IMG/VR virus record: IMGVR_UViG_3300025633_000001
Strand: one strand, 5' to 3'
DNA: 64,000 nt
From: an uncultured virus (IMG/VR IMGVR_UViG_3300025633_000001)
Lineage: Duplodnaviria; Heunggongvirae; Uroviricota; Caudoviricetes
Every line of letters begins with the position of its first letter. The first letter of the stretch is position 1. Shown here one piece after another: positions 28,106-40,035 of the stretch. A program made the translations under genes and the position numbers. The notes under the pieces are model-generated. The model did not search any database. It was not told where the DNA came from and saw nothing but the letters and a program-made list of their open reading frames with translations.

Positions 28106-29683
28106 CTGCTACCGCTGCGGAACGGCCCGCCACGGATAGCTGGCCGCAACCAGGATCACCAGCCCGTAGACGCCGCACCAGATGGCGACCTCGTAGCTGC
28201 CCGGGTTGCCCATCACCCTCGCCGCCGCCCTGGCCCATCCGGTGAGCCACAGGACCAGGCCAGAAAAGATCCAGATGGCAAGGTAGGCCGCGATGAAAAG
28301 CATGAGTCCCCCCGTATTACTTGCTGTAGCGAGTCAGACGCTTACGGTAGCGCAGCAACCGGCGTCCGGGGTGGCCCTTGTCACTTCCAAGGTCACAACC
28401 CCCAGCGAACGGAGACACGCGATGACGATCGAAGAGGCTGAGGCTCACATCGGCGATGGAGTGGTGTACGCGCCTGCCTACGGCGAGCGGGAAGACGGCG
28501 TGATCACCAGTGTCACCCGCACGCATGTGTTCGTGATGTACGCCGGGGACCTGCACTCCAAGGCGACCAGCCCGGGCGACCTGTTCTTGCTCGCCGCCGC
28601 TTTGGCCCCAACGAACGGAGACACGACACCATGACCGAGACTGAACGCCCCCGGAAGGGTGAACCGCATACTGCCTTCGAGATTGAGCGCAGTGAGGACG
28701 GCCCCCGCATCAAGCTCTGCCGGATGGAGCACTCGTTCACTTTGGAGGAAATGCGGCGCTACGCCAGCTTCCTGCAGACCATGGTTGACAAGATCGAGTC
28801 CGCACCGCAGGATTCCCGGCCGCCCGAGCCCGCCGGTGACAAGTACCTAGTATGGCTAGACGAGCGGATTCGCTCTATCGGTGCCTCATCATGGGGCGAC
28901 GAATCGAACAAGCAGGGCGTGCTGAGCGGATTCCTCGCCGCCCGTGAGACTTACGTGCACCTATGGAGCCGTCATGCCTGACTGTGATCGCGACGGAGGG
29001 CTGACACCACGACCGGCCTCCGGGTAAGCGGCTGCTGCCGAGACGGCTTGCTGGTCTGCGGAGACACGACGCAGTACTGGATCTGCCGCAACTGCGGTAA
29101 GCCATGTGACGCGATACGGAATCCCCCGATCGACCAGCCGGAGGGGCTGACGCCATGACCGAGGACACCGAATCTGCCGCACGGAGGGCTCCCAGTGGTC
29201 CCGGCTGGCCCCTGGAATCCCCGCCGCCAGGACGCGGGGACCACACCGACGGAGCTGGCCGCGAGTGGCAGATGGATACTGACGGCCGCTGGTGGATAAA
29301 GGCCGGCGACCTGTGGTATCCGTCATTCCCCGAGACAATGCCCGGCGCTGCCGAGACGACGGGAGACTAGACGACGTGGGCGACAAGATGACGTGTCCAG
29401 GCTGCGGCGCCCACACGTCCAATGTGCTGGCCGCGGTCTGTAATGGCGAGCCCTGCCCGTACTGCGGGCTGTCGGCCGACGCCATCGGTGAGATCAGCGA
29501 TGTCCGCCGTAAGCGCGCCGATGAGGAGCTGAAAGAGCGGCTGGAGAAAGCGCTGACCGAGCGGGACCGCGCGCTGTCAGAGGCGGCGAAGCACCGGCAG
29601 GCAGTAGAAGACGCCCGGCGCGCGCTCGGCTGCACGCATCCTTACGCACCACACACCGCACCAGGATGGGGAGACGAGACACC

Positions 29684-30100
29684 ATGACCGGACCGGCGAC
29701 AAGAACTCCGAACACAGAGGATTCCGTCTACGGGGACCTCGACGGCACGGTCGCGTTCCTGGACGCGCCGGAGGGCATCATCCCGCCGCCTTACATCGGG
29801 CGCCTGATCTATCTCGGCAGCGTGTACGACGTGGTGACGATCGCCGTGAACAGGCTGCGCGAGGAACACGCAGCACCGGGGCGCAAGCCGTCGGCTCAGC
29901 GCGCTCTGGCCGACCTGCTGGGCGAGAGAAGCCAGCAGGTGGTCTCACGCTGGGTGAATGCTCAGTCAGCGCCCAGGCTGACGGACGAGCAATGGACCAA
30001 GCTGATTTTGCTGGTCGTGCAAGCGCCTCTTGCAAAGGAGGCACTGGAGCTGGCCGAGCTGGCGCTTCCCGTGGCGATGGAGTGCTGGCCTGAAGGCTAG
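29684..30100 (+). CDS. HTH protein
   Basis: AQRALADLLGERSQQVVSRWVN. Confidence 0.5.
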   Translation: MTGPATRTPNTEDSVYGDLDGTVAFLDAPEGIIPPPYIGRLIYLGSVYDVVTIAVNRLREEHAAPGRKPSAQRALADLLGERSQQVVSRWVNAQSAPRLTDEQWTKLILLVVQAPLAKEALELAELALPVAMECWPEG

Positions 30101-31105
30101 GTCTCTGTCACCTGCGGCTTTTGTCTTGTGATTCTCAAATTGTGAGAGTACCGTCCCTTTGCATTCAGGGTTCATCCAGCTATCTGGAAGGTTCCGGGCA
30201 TGGCGGCAAGGGGAGAAGCCGCGGGGGCGGAAACGTTCGGACCGCTCGCGGCGTTGCGCAGGGAATTCACCAGGTGGCAGATCTTCCGGTCGGACACCGG
30301 GCGGTTCTGGGCCACGAGGATCGGCGGGGCATGGCGGCGCCCGCCTGCCAACCCGCCCGTCTGGTGGGCGATGACAGTGTCCGGTGATAACCCGGAGCAG
30401 CTGCGCAGGGAGCTGGCCGTCCAGGCTGGCAGCGTACCGGGCTAGGCCTCAGGCTTCACGGCGGCAGTGGGCGGCCGTTCTGACCCCCGGAGCGCCCAGG
30501 GAGAGAGTCGCCGCCGTGCAAGAAGGGACCGCGCCGGTCCCGCTCCCGCACACCCGTCCGGCGCGGTCCCGCACGATGACGTGCACCAGAACGATCGGCG
30601 GCGCCGGGGTGAAGGGGCGGTCAGCGCTGGCCCTTGACGATCCTCATCAGGGGGAGACCCGGCGCGGGGGCGTCAGGCGGCGCGCTGATGGCCGTGCACA
30701 TCATCGCCGACCGGATCTCCTCCTCGAGGGCGGCCAGCCGGACCCCGTTGAGCATCAGCTCCGTGAGCTCCCCGCGCTGGCGGATGTCCTGCCGGAGCAG
30801 CTCCCGGTTCTCCGTGATCCCCGCGAGTGCCGCGGACATGAGCGCTTCAAGCCGCCGTCCCCGGTCCGGTCCCGGTGTCGCTGCCGCATCACCCATAGCT
30901 GTCATTCCTCCCCAGTGCCCTTTCCGGGCACCCGTGCTAACGCAGCCTCCGCGGCTATCGTCGTGCGGCCTGATGCTCCCCAGCACCAGGCGCGCCGACT
31001 CCACAAGACGCGGCATTCAGGCCGTTTGCCACGTGTAGGCCACATTGTTACAGCGGCGTCACAGTTTGCGCAATCGCGCGGGAGGGAATCGCGTACAGCG
31101 CCCGG

Positions 31106-31738
31106 CTAGCGGGCCTCCGCGTAACCGTCATCGTCGCCGCGCTGACGGTGGATGACCCTCGCCACGGCAACGGCCATCGCCCGCTGCCACAAGGTCCACC
31201 CGAGGTCTGTGAAGGAATCCCACCGGGCTGCGTCGTTGCCGTCGCCGAACACCCACCGGCCCCGCAGCCGCGTCTCCGGGTGCTCCCCCAGGGCGGAGAT
31301 GACGAGCGGCTCGATGTCCTCGTACTCGCGGTCGACGTCGGGCTGGATGGCCGGGTCGATGCGGGGGAAGATGTCGCCGTTGCGCTCCAGTGCGCCCGAT
31401 CGGCTGACCGGCAGGGCGGGCAGTGAGGCCGGGCCGTGGTCCGGCATCCCGCTCAGGATCTCGCGCAGGATCCCGGCGGCGTCGGGGCGCTGGCCTTCGG
31501 TCTCCATCTGCTCGGGCGTGATGCCGGTGACGGCGGCCATCTTCGCGAGTGTCCTGGCCGGGGCGCGGACGGCGGCGATGTTGCCGGGGGAGACGTTCTG
31601 GTAGCCGGTGACGATCTGGCGCCAGCGTCCGTAGCTGATGCCAGCGCGGCGGGCTGCCTCCCGGATCGAGAGGCTCATGCGGTCGGCGGCGGCTGCGATG
31701 AGCTTGCCTTCGGGGGGTGGTTCCGGGCGTTCTTGCAT
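31106..31738 (-). CDS. cI-like XRE repressor
   Basis: LSIREAARRAGISYGRWRQIVTG; divergent from cro-like gene. Confidence 0.78.
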   Translation of the reverse strand: MQERPEPPPEGKLIAAAADRMSLSIREAARRAGISYGRWRQIVTGYQNVSPGNIAAVRAPARTLAKMAAVTGITPEQMETEGQRPDAAGILREILSGMPDHGPASLPALPVSRSGALERNGDIFPRIDPAIQPDVDREYEDIEPLVISALGEHPETRLRGRWVFGDGNDAARWDSFTDLGWTLWQRAMAVAVARVIHRQRGDDDGYAEAR

Positions 31739-31744
31739 AACGAA

Positions 31745-31905
31745 ACCTTCACACATATTCACGACGGCTGTCCATTCAGCGCATTTACCCGGCCCCCGCG
31801 CCGCGAACGCTAACACGGTTGTATACAACCGTGAAGGCCCAAATATTTTCGTGAAGGTTGCGTCAGAGGCTTGCATGTAACACACCTTCACACTAGGTTG
31901 GCTTC
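31745..31905. promoter_or_regulatory. Immunity switch with operators
   Basis: Perfect 20-bp palindrome CACGGTTGTATACAACCGTG (31814-31833); ACCTTCAC/GTGAAGG boxes at 31745, 31831, 31851, 31884. Confidence 0.7.
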
Positions 31906-32199
31906 ATGGGCAAGACAAGCGCACCCCCCCTGGACGGTGAAGCCATCCAGAAGGCACGTCTCGGCAAGTTCCTCACCCAGGCCGAAGTCGCCGGCGCAGT
32001 GCACGAACAGGTCGGGGCGTTCGGCCTCAAGTTCGACCGGTCGAGCCTGTCGCTGATCGAAAGCGGCCGGGTCAAGCGCCCGTCGCTGAAGGTCGTGCCC
32101 GTCCTCGCCGCCGTGCTCGGGCTCGAGACCGAGCAGATGTTCAAGGCCGAAGACGAAACCGGCGATGAGGACGACGAGCCGGAAGAGGTCGCCGCATGA
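31906..32199 (+). CDS. Cro-like XRE regulator
   Basis: LTQAEVA...DRSSLSLIESGRVKRPS. Confidence 0.78.
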   Translation: MGKTSAPPLDGEAIQKARLGKFLTQAEVAGAVHEQVGAFGLKFDRSSLSLIESGRVKRPSLKVVPVLAAVLGLETEQMFKAEDETGDEDDEPEEVAA

Positions 32200-32610
32200 G
32201 TGCCCGCACATAAAAAAGCCCGCAGGTGGCACTGCGGGCTATCCGGAAACGGATGACGAAAGCATAACAGGCGATACCGGAAACGGAGAAACAAGCCCAG
32301 TGACCACCATCTCCGCCCCTCCCGAAGCGGACATCGCGTCCGACTTTGAGGCCGCCGGGGCGTTCCTCAGGGCGAACCCGGACCTGAGCCGGCGCATACC
32401 AGCCAGGAACATCAACATCCCCCTCAAGGGCACCACGACCGAGGAGCGGCTGGCCGAGCTTGAGGCCATCGCCCGTGAGATGGGTACCGCCGTGGTGCCG
32501 CGCGATGGCATGCAGGTCGCTGCCGTCAAGTTCGGCCGCGTCACGTTTGAGGCCCACCACAGTCCGTCCAGCTTCCTGATCGTGCAGGGCGCGCAGCGTA
32601 AGGCGGCGGC

Positions 32611-32820
32611 ATGAGCAACACCACAAGCTCGTCATCCTCAGGCGGCATCGGCTTCGTCGGCCTGCTGACCATCGCCTTCATCGTGCTCAAGCTCCTGCAC
32701 AAGATCGCGTGGAGCTGGTGGTGGGTCGTGTCGCCGCTGTGGATCAGCGCCGCCCTCGTGATGGCCATCCTCCTCGTCGCCGGCCTCGTGTTCCTCGTCG
32801 TCGCGGCGGTGAAGCGGTGA
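32611..32820 (+). CDS. Small two-TM phage membrane protein
   Basis: GIGFVGLLTIAFIVLKL...WSWWWVVSPLWI motif. Confidence 0.75.
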   Translation: MSNTTSSSSSGGIGFVGLLTIAFIVLKLLHKIAWSWWWVVSPLWISAALVMAILLVAGLVFLVVAAVKR

Positions 32821-34531
32821 CCGGCCGCCACGGCGATCCCGTCCCCCTGGACCCGGAAACCGACTACGACACCGGGGCCTACTTCGCCGGGTACGCCGCG
32901 CGCGAGGCAGAGGCAGCGGGCACCGTCCGCGGCCACGCTAGGCCCCGAGCGCCCCGGTCCGGCATCCTCGCCCGGCTGCGGCGCAGGAACACCCCCGCGC
33001 CCGCCGTCGAGGCAGAGGACCCCCTGACCGCCTCGCGGCTGCTGGACCTCGCCGACATCAGCGAGCCCGGCGAGTTCACCCAGGCCGTCAACCGGTACGC
33101 GGAAGTCAGCCCTGCCCTGCCGCCAGAGGCCTTTGCCCGGCCTGCCGCGCAAGAACCTCGCGAGAACGAGGCCGCCGCGCGGATCCTCACCGAGCGGGCG
33201 GACCTGGCCCGCATGTACGCCCCGGCCGCCGTCCCCGCGACGCCGTGGGGGGCATGGGACGGCCCGGAAAACCGCGAGCCCCTCGCCCCGTACCGCTGGG
33301 ACCACCGGGCCGACTTCCGCGACCTGCCCCTGTTCCGGTCCACCGTCCGCGCTGCCTGCAAGGCGGGCCTGCGCGCACTCGGGACGCGGGGAGTTCACCC
33401 CATCCCGCCGCCCCCGGATTACGAGCTGGACAGGTTCACCGTCGAGCCGGACGGCATCGACCTCGGGCCCGAGTTCGACCTGATCGAGGCGCGCGCCGGG
33501 AACGGCTTCTACCGGGCCAGCCGCATGTTCCACAGTGCGGACGCGGCCGGCTTCAAGCGGGTGGCAGCATGAAGAATCCCCTGAGCTTCGGCCGCGCCCC
33601 CGGGAAGGCGCAGGAGCCCACCCCGCTCCCGGAGTCCGCCCTCGGCTCCGTCCTGCCGGACGGGAAGCGGATCATCGCGGAGCTGACCGGCTCCCCCCGC
33701 CACGAGGGATACGAGGACGTCGAAGGCGTCCGGTACGGACTGATGCACCTCGGGACGATCTCGGACAAGGCCGGGTTCTCCGTCGAGTCCCACCTCATGA
33801 CCGAGACGTACTGCGCCAAGCTCCTCGGCGAGCTTTACGAGATGTACGTAGGGTTCTCCCCTCTTCCCCCCGCGCTGGCCGACGGTCAGCCGGCCCCGTT
33901 TCTGACGGCCAGGGGGCAGGCATGACCGGCCTCGAGTTCGCCGCCGTCGCCATCATCGGCGTCCTGGTCGGCCGGTTCCTACCGAACCGCCGCAAGGGGC
34001 CTAAGGCGCCGCAGCCCGTCAAGCCTGTCTGCGGGTGCAGCCACCACCACAGCTTCCACGATCCGGCCACAGGCAAGTGCGGCTTCGCCAGGGCTCACAG
34101 CCTGGGCATCAACGCGACCGGCCTCTCTCAGTACGAGACCCGGCACTGCACCTGCCTCACCTACAGCGGCCCGGTCCCGATGCCTGAGTACTACGCACCC
34201 GAGATGGCCGGGGGGCAGGCATGACCGCCATCGCGACCGAGGCCGAGGCTCCGGCCTACGACGCCGAACTGGCCGCCGAAGCGCAGGCTGCCTACAGCGC
34301 GGCCCGCGAGGCCGGATGGCCTGGGGAGACAGCTGCCCTGGCCATGCCCGCGGCTGCGGCGCTCAAGGAGTACCGGGACCTGGTGCACGGGATCGTGCCC
34401 GCGTGGTTCCCCGGCATCAAGGCCGGACCGGAGGGATTCCGTCGCGCGCTCTACGCCGCAGCGGAGAACGCGTTCGAGAAGGCCGAGGAGCTGGCCCGCC
34501 TGCTCCCGGCAGCGGCAGAGGAGGGCGGACG

Positions 34532-35488
34532 GTGAGCGCCATCCTGATTCCGACGCAGGACGAGGCCGCTTGGCTCGCTGCCCGCAACGAGGGAATCACG
34601 GCGTCTGAGATCGCGGTCGTGATGGGACTGAGCCCGTTCGAGTCGCCGTTCGCGCTGTGGCACCGCAAGCGCGGCGACCTGGCCGGCATGGAAGACAGCA
34701 TTGACCTGCGGGTCGGCCGCCACTTCGAGTCGCTGGTCTGCGAGATGTTCGCCGAGCAGCGCCCTGAGTTCATTCTCGGCGGCGACGGACGCAGCCTGTA
34801 CTTCCATCCGTCCCGTCCGTGGCAGATGGCCACACCCGACCGGCTGATATGGGAACGGGGTAACGACCGGTTCTGGGCCGGCGGCGACTTCCAGGTCATC
34901 CCCGACGCCACGTTCGAGGCCAAGACCTCATCTACCTACGACGAGTGGGGCGAGGACGGCACCGACGAGATCCCCGTGCACTACCGCTGCCAGAAGCTCT
35001 GGCAGATGGACGTCATGGGCGTCGAGACCGGTTTTCTCGCCTGCCTGTTCCTGCATTCCCGCAAGCTCCGCGTCTACGAGCTGGCCATGGACGACGACGC
35101 ACGCGGCGATCTCAAGCTGATGCGCGACGAGGCCGCCCTGTTCATGAAAAGCATCAAGGACGGCGAGCCGCCCGAGGTCGACTGGCGCCCGTCTACGGGT
35201 GACGCCCTCAAGCGGCTACACCCGTCCCTCGAAGACACCGACATCACCATCGGCAAGACGCTCGCCGAGCAGTACCGGGCCGCCTGCGCCGCCGTCAAGA
35301 AAGCCGACCGGCGCAAGAGCCTCGCCGAGAACCGCATCCGCGCCCGCCTCGGCGACGGTCGTCGCGTGCTCGGCCCGGACGGCCAGCCCGTCGCCACCCG
35401 GCAGGTCTACGACGTGAAAGAGCACGTCCGCAAGGCCTGCACCGTCAACAAGCTCGTTCCGGCTCGTACCGCAGGGGGATCACGATGA
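34532..35488 (+). CDS. YqaJ-family viral exonuclease
   Basis: WLAARNEGITASE, ATPDR, FEAKT, IPVHYRCQ. Confidence 0.9.
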   Translation: MSAILIPTQDEAAWLAARNEGITASEIAVVMGLSPFESPFALWHRKRGDLAGMEDSIDLRVGRHFESLVCEMFAEQRPEFILGGDGRSLYFHPSRPWQMATPDRLIWERGNDRFWAGGDFQVIPDATFEAKTSSTYDEWGEDGTDEIPVHYRCQKLWQMDVMGVETGFLACLFLHSRKLRVYELAMDDDARGDLKLMRDEAALFMKSIKDGEPPEVDWRPSTGDALKRLHPSLEDTDITIGKTLAEQYRAACAAVKKADRRKSLAENRIRARLGDGRRVLGPDGQPVATRQVYDVKEHVRKACTVNKLVPARTAGGSR

Positions 35489-36435
35489 CTGCCCAGACCA
35501 TCACCAGGGCGCTGGCCAAGCGCGATGAAGGCGTCGACAAGCTGATGTGGGCCAAGGCCCGCCACCTGGAGACGATCCTTCCGGACCACGTGGACGTCAA
35601 GAGTTTCCTCGGCACCGCGTGGGCCGCGCTGCTTGCCAGCGACAAGCTGATGCAGAATGCGATCGCCAAGCCGGACACGCTGCTCGTCGCGCTGTACCGC
35701 TGCGCCGCCAAGGGGCACCAGCCGGGGACCGAGGAGTTCTACCTGACCCCCCGCGACGGGGGAATCCTCGGCATCGAGGGATACCGGGGCGTCATCGAGC
35801 GCATGTACCGCTCCGGTGCGGTCGGCAAGGTGATCGTCCGCGAGGTCTGCACCAAGGACTACTTCCGGTACATCGAGAACGAGGACGAGAAGCCCGTCCA
35901 CGACTTCTCCGCCAAGCGCGGCGGCACGAGCGGTGCGGACTTCTTCGGTGATGACGGCGACCCGGACCGCGGGGCCATGGTCGGGGTGTATGCGGTGGCC
36001 AAGTTCCTGACCGGGGACTGGTCCCGGCCGGTGCTGCTGAACCGGAACGACGTCTTCGCAGCCCGCGCCTCGGGCGGCTGGAAGGCGGACGACAAGTACA
36101 GCCCGTGGAACCGCATGGACGCCGGCGCTAGCCACCCCGAGTTCCAGGGGCGCTCCATGTGGTTTAAGACGGCGGCTAAGCGGCTCGAGCCCTGGGTTCC
36201 CACATCCGCCGAGTACCGCCGCGAGCAGCTACGTGCCGTCGCGTCCGCGTCCGCCGCGACCGGGAACGGCATCCCGGAAGCAGCGCAGGATCGCGAGATT
36301 CTCGACGCTGAGATCGTCGAGCCGCAGGCCATCCCCGCACCTGACGAGAAGCCTGCCGGGAACGGCCAGTCCGCCGAAGATCCCGCATGGCCAGCGGCCG
36401 CCAAGCCGGGCACCGGTCGGCCGATGGGGAACTGA
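35485..36435 (+). CDS. recT: RecT-family ssDNA annealing protein
   Basis: EFYLTP, GYRGVIERMYRSG, SPW, MWFKT; paired with YqaJ. Confidence 0.88.
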   Translation: MTAQTITRALAKRDEGVDKLMWAKARHLETILPDHVDVKSFLGTAWAALLASDKLMQNAIAKPDTLLVALYRCAAKGHQPGTEEFYLTPRDGGILGIEGYRGVIERMYRSGAVGKVIVREVCTKDYFRYIENEDEKPVHDFSAKRGGTSGADFFGDDGDPDRGAMVGVYAVAKFLTGDWSRPVLLNRNDVFAARASGGWKADDKYSPWNRMDAGASHPEFQGRSMWFKTAAKRLEPWVPTSAEYRREQLRAVASASAATGNGIPEAAQDREILDAEIVEPQAIPAPDEKPAGNGQSAEDPAWPAAAKPGTGRPMGN

Positions 36436-36436
36436 A

Positions 36437-37096
36437 GTGACCCGCACCACGGCTCACAACTCCCGCCTGGCCCGGACACCGTTCGCACCGGGCGCCTGGT
36501 CGACGATCGCGCCGGGGTCCGCCCCGCTGCGCAGGACGCCCCTGGCCGCCACCCCGCGGGCCCGGACCGTCCCCGGTATCACCACGGGGACGGTACCGGG
36601 AGTCAAGAGCGCAGCGGCGAAGGAGAGCAGCGCCACGGGCAGCTTCGTCCCGCCCGGCCCGTCCGAGTTCACGCCGAAGGTCAAGCTGCTGGTCCGCAAG
36701 AGGGCCGGGCGGGGCGACGTCGCCGATGCCTGCTGTGAAGGCTGCGGAGTCTGGCTTGGCGAGAAGGGCGGCCAGGTCCACCACCGGGCCGGCCGGGGCA
36801 GCGGCGGATGCCGGGACGAGGTGGTCAACTCGTGCGCGAACGCGCTGCTGCTCTGCGGTGACCCGTTCACCGGATGCCACGGCGCGGCGACGAGGTTCGA
36901 GCTGCACCTAAGGGACGACGCGGCCGGGTTCTGGATCCGCCACGGCACCACGCCGGAGTTCGACCCCCGCAACGTCGGGGTCATGCTCCACGCCCTCGGA
37001 GCCGGAGAGATCACCCTGTGGCTCGCTGCTGACGGCCTGGGCCCGGACGGGACCGGCTACCTGCTCCAGCGGCCGGAACTGGCGGCAGCGTCATGA
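36437..37096 (+). CDS. HNH-type nuclease
   Basis: CEGCG...VHHR...NALLLCG...GCH. Confidence 0.65.
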   Translation: MTRTTAHNSRLARTPFAPGAWSTIAPGSAPLRRTPLAATPRARTVPGITTGTVPGVKSAAAKESSATGSFVPPGPSEFTPKVKLLVRKRAGRGDVADACCEGCGVWLGEKGGQVHHRAGRGSGGCRDEVVNSCANALLLCGDPFTGCHGAATRFELHLRDDAAGFWIRHGTTPEFDPRNVGVMLHALGAGEITLWLAADGLGPDGTGYLLQRPELAAAS

Positions 37097-37447
37097 CGGA
37101 GTGGCTGGCAACCCTCGCCATCGAGCTGCTCATTCTCGGCGGCATCGCCGTTTCGGAGATCCGCCAGGGACTCCAGCGCCGCCGCAGCGACCGCGCGGCC
37201 CGAGAGGCGGCCAGGAACAGCACCCCCGAGGACGTATCCCAGTGGACCCTCCCGGCCAGCCAGAGGAGCACCCGGTGAGCCGCCGCCTCGTCCTCGTCGC
37301 ATCCGTGACCGGAACCGGCATGAAGGTGACCCGCGCACCGGGCTTCGGGTCGGCAAAGGGTGACAGGGCGCTCATCGACGCGGTGATGAAGCCCCGACGG
37401 GAACGGCGTGAGGCCGCCGCGAAAGCAGCAGCGAGGGAGACGGGATT

Positions 37448-37531
37448 GTGAGCGACACCAGCAAGATCGAATGGACGTCGGCCACCTGGAACTGGGCGTT
37501 TCCTCTCGCTGCTGAGCCGGTGACGGCATGA
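37448..37531 (+). pseudogene. Collapsed DUF5131 (Gp37/Gp68) remnant
   Basis: MSDTSKIEWTSATWN, the family N-terminus, followed by only 12 residues. Confidence 0.6.
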
Positions 37532-37781
37532 GCATGCTCGCTGTCATCGCCGCCGTCGAAGCCGTGGCCATCGCCGCCTTCCTCGCCGCGTCCTGGCGCT
37601 CGGCCACCCGCGTGAGGCTCGCCCCGCTGCCCCCGTCACCCGCCCCGCTTCCCCCCTCGCCTGACGAGGTAGCCGGCCTGGTCGCCGTCCTCACCGCAGC
37701 CGCCAGGCCGGGAGTGCCCATGACGGACATCGCGCTGGCCGTGCTCGATGCGGGCTACCGCAAGCAGCAAGGGTGCGCACG

Positions 37782-38558
37782 GTGAACCGCCCCGCAACGC
37801 CTTCCCCGGACCGCACGGCCGGGTCGGCCCCCCCGCCCGGCCGTGCCGCGAGTGCCCTCCCTCCCGGAACCGAGGGCACTCGCCTAGCTTCCCGAACGTC
37901 CCCGCTGCGCACCGCACCGTCCGCAGCAGGGGCTATCCCGTCGCTGCGTTCTGTTGCGGATCAGCCAGCGGCGGGGAACCCGTCCCCGGCAGGAGAGGCG
38001 CACCCGGACCGTGCAGCCGCCATCGCCCGGGGACGGGCAGGCTTCCCGGCTGAAGGCGCGAGTGCGAGCCTCGCGCCTTCAGCCGGGTTCACAGCGGGGG
38101 TGGACTGGTGGCTGCGGCCACCAGCGCGTGAGGACATCTACGTCCGGATGACGCTGGACCTCGAGCCCGTGCCGAAAGACCGGCACCGGACGAGTGCCGC
38201 CGAGTACACCGAGATCGCCGGCCAGCGGGTCAGGACCAAGAAGGCGCACAGCTACACGACCAAGCGCCTAGCGCAGTACGAGGAGAAGGTCGGCTGGCTG
38301 CTGCTGCGCGCCGGGGTCAAACGCAACGAAAGCGATGACCTCGGTGTCCGGGCCGTCTTCCACGTCCGGAGCGAGACAGCCGATCTCGATAACCTGTCCA
38401 AGTCACTTTTCGACGCCTGTAATTCGGTGGCTTGGCACGACGATCGCCAGGTAACGCAGCTAGTCGCCGATGTGGTCCGCGGCAGCAGTAGCCCGCGGAT
38501 CGAGCTGACGATCTACGTGGTGCGCCGGGCTAACGGGCTGACGGCAGGTACCGCGTGA
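37782..38558 (+). CDS. rusA: RusA-like Holliday junction resolvase
   Basis: PVPK, DLDNLSKSLFDA...WHDDRQV. Confidence 0.82.
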   Translation: MNRPATPSPDRTAGSAPPPGRAASALPPGTEGTRLASRTSPLRTAPSAAGAIPSLRSVADQPAAGNPSPAGEAHPDRAAAIARGRAGFPAEGASASLAPSAGFTAGVDWWLRPPAREDIYVRMTLDLEPVPKDRHRTSAAEYTEIAGQRVRTKKAHSYTTKRLAQYEEKVGWLLLRAGVKRNESDDLGVRAVFHVRSETADLDNLSKSLFDACNSVAWHDDRQVTQLVADVVRGSSSPRIELTIYVVRRANGLTAGTA

Positions 38559-39691
38559 ACGGCATCACTCTCGGCACCTTCGCCGGGCCGGGCGGCTGGG
38601 CAGTCGCCGCCGAAGCGCTGGGCATCCCCGAGGTGGGGATAGAGCTCGACGTCGCGGCCTGCCTGACCCGCGCCGCGGCAGGACACAAGACGATCCGCGC
38701 CGACGTGGCGACTTATCCGCTCGGGCAGCTGGCCGGGAAAGTCTCCGGTTTCATCTCCTCGCCGCCCTGTACGACGTTCAGTGCCGCGGGCAAGCGCGCC
38801 GGGACCGCGGTCACCGACGTGCTCGAGGCGATGATCCTTGACGCCTTCGAGGGCGCGAAGACACGCGCCCCCCATCGCCGCGAGATGGCCCGGATGCTGC
38901 GGAAAGCGTGGTGGCCGAACGCTAAGTGGACCCGCGCCGAGCGGTCCGCGGCCATCTGGAAGGCCGTGCGGTCCGCTTCGCTGGTGGCCGAGCCCGCGCG
39001 CTACATATACGCCTGCCGTCCCGAGTGGATCGCCATGGAGCAGGTCGCCGCGGTGCTGCCCTTGTGGCAGGTGTACGCCGCGGAGCTGCGCAGGATGGGC
39101 TACAGCGCGTGGGCGGGTGTCCTGAACGCTGCGGACTATGGCGTGGCCCAGGTCCGCGAGCGTGCGTTCCTGATCGCCTCCAGCGCCCGTCAGGCGAGCC
39201 GACCGGAAGCCACGCATTACGACCAGCGCAAGGGCTGCCGGCTCTGGGGTACGCCGTGGGTGACGATGGCGGACGCGCTCGGCTGGGGCATGACGGACCG
39301 TCCGTACTTCACGCTGGCCACCGCGGGAGGCAACCGCGGCGGGGCTGACGAGCAGGTCGGCGGTTCCGGCGCCAGGAAGGCGCTTTACGCGGAACGGGAC
39401 AGCGGTCGCTGGGTTTTCGAGCGCCCGGCCACGACCGTCCTGGCGGACCCTCGACTTGGCAGGCCGGGCCACAAGGGACGCGAGCGCGGCGGTGAGGCCC
39501 ACTTCGCCGTGGGGTCGGTACGGCTCACGCCGGCGCAGGCTGCGGCGCTCCAGTCGTTCCCGCCCGGCTATCCGTTCTCGGGTTCGGCGACCAAGGCTCA
39601 TCAGCAGATCGGCAACGCCGTCCCGCCCCTTCTCGCTGAGCATGTTCTCGCCATGGCTACGGGGATCAGGCGGATGGATGTGGCCGCATGA
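38555..39691 (+). CDS. DNA (cytosine-5) methyltransferase
   Basis: FAGPGG, SPPC, EQV, QxRxR, QIGNAVPP. Confidence 0.9.
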   Translation: MNGITLGTFAGPGGWAVAAEALGIPEVGIELDVAACLTRAAAGHKTIRADVATYPLGQLAGKVSGFISSPPCTTFSAAGKRAGTAVTDVLEAMILDAFEGAKTRAPHRREMARMLRKAWWPNAKWTRAERSAAIWKAVRSASLVAEPARYIYACRPEWIAMEQVAAVLPLWQVYAAELRRMGYSAWAGVLNAADYGVAQVRERAFLIASSARQASRPEATHYDQRKGCRLWGTPWVTMADALGWGMTDRPYFTLATAGGNRGGADEQVGGSGARKALYAERDSGRWVFERPATTVLADPRLGRPGHKGRERGGEAHFAVGSVRLTPAQAAALQSFPPGYPFSGSATKAHQQIGNAVPPLLAEHVLAMATGIRRMDVAA

Positions 39692-40035
39692 TGCCCGGCC
39701 CGGTGCCCGGCCCCTGCGGGATCTGCGGCGGACCGCTGCGCAGCGACAACCGCGAGGGCGTCTGCGTCAGGACTCGCGCATGCAGGACGGAGCGCAGGCG
39801 GCGGGAGGAGCTTCGTTCCGCCGCTACGCCCCGCTGCCGGTGCAGCCACCGAGAGCTTGACCACCCCCGAGGCGAGTGCATGAGGGCTCTCTGCGGGTGC
39901 CGGGAGTACCGGCCGGGAGCAGTTCAGGACAGCAAGAGCGCAGCGACGGAGAGGGCCGGGTGACGTCTTGAGCACGACATGGGGGGCGGGTGCCGTCCGG
40001 GGTGAGCCCGGACGGCTTCGGCGTACCGGGGGAAG

